This document shows, piece by piece, positions 63,704 through 64,000 of a DNA stretch of 64,000 nt; the stretch's first letter is position 1, and each line of letters begins with the position of its first letter. A model generated the notes under the pieces. The model searched no databases and had not been told where the DNA came from. It saw nothing but the letters and a program-made list of their open reading frames with translations. A program made the translations under genes and the position numbers. The DNA is from Octopus vulgaris (Eukaryota), in contig OX597816.1 of assembly GCA_951406725.2 (NCBI GenBank), positions 5,394,001 to 5,458,000 of the forward strand, read 5' to 3'.

Positions 63704-64000
63704 TCTATATATAAAGCTGAAGTTGTCTGTGTATGGCAGGTTTGGTAGCCTTTAACTAACACTATCTCCTCCGAGAACCTGCGGCACAAGTTGACCAAAA
63801 TTGAGAGTATGATAGAAGAAGGCTTGCTCTTCCTTCCTTAGAAGATAAAATTCAAATCGAACCATGTTAAGAACAAAAATTATTTACATCAAAAAGGTGC
63901 TTTTTTCTATGACTACTGTGTCGCCATTTTTCGGTGTATTTCAACCAGGAAAATGTTCACTTATAAAGAATAACAAGCTACATAATGCCAATTTTTTTTC
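63704..64000 (+). mobile_element. 5' end of a second Helitron-like family, running off the window
   Basis: TCTATATATAAAGCTGAAGTTGTCTG start resembles non-autonomous Helitrons; 3' end not visible. Confidence 0.5.

Overview
Eukaryotic, AT-rich, microsatellite-dense DNA with no intact protein-coding gene. The SINE repertoire and repeat landscape suggest an octopus or other coleoid cephalopod (inference). The window is probably intronic or intergenic. It holds about 40 tRNA-headed SINE copies in several modular families (working labels A, B, C, E) and an (AAT)-tailed non-tRNA element (D). It also has decayed LINE fragments (R4/Dong-like RT and RLE, CR1, RTE, Tx1/L1), Penelope-like remnants with minimal hammerhead-ribozyme motifs, an internally deleted mariner, Tc1/pogo/hAT/piggyBac MITEs, non-autonomous Helitrons and a probable solo LTR. 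Most ORFs in the track are microsatellite or TE artefacts. The best host-gene signal is a CpG-rich, uORF-laden candidate exon on the minus strand ending at a GTAAGTA donor (54127). The most interesting structures are: (1) a dispersed set of hammerhead-like motifs on several element types; (2) a Helitron array with an exact head-to-tail junction and swapped internal segments; (3) SINE multimers and a SINE chimera each enclosed by one target-site duplication; (4) SINE-internal microsatellites acting as landing pads for other elements. Coordinates were read by eye and may be off by a few bases; family names are by motif recognition, not database search.
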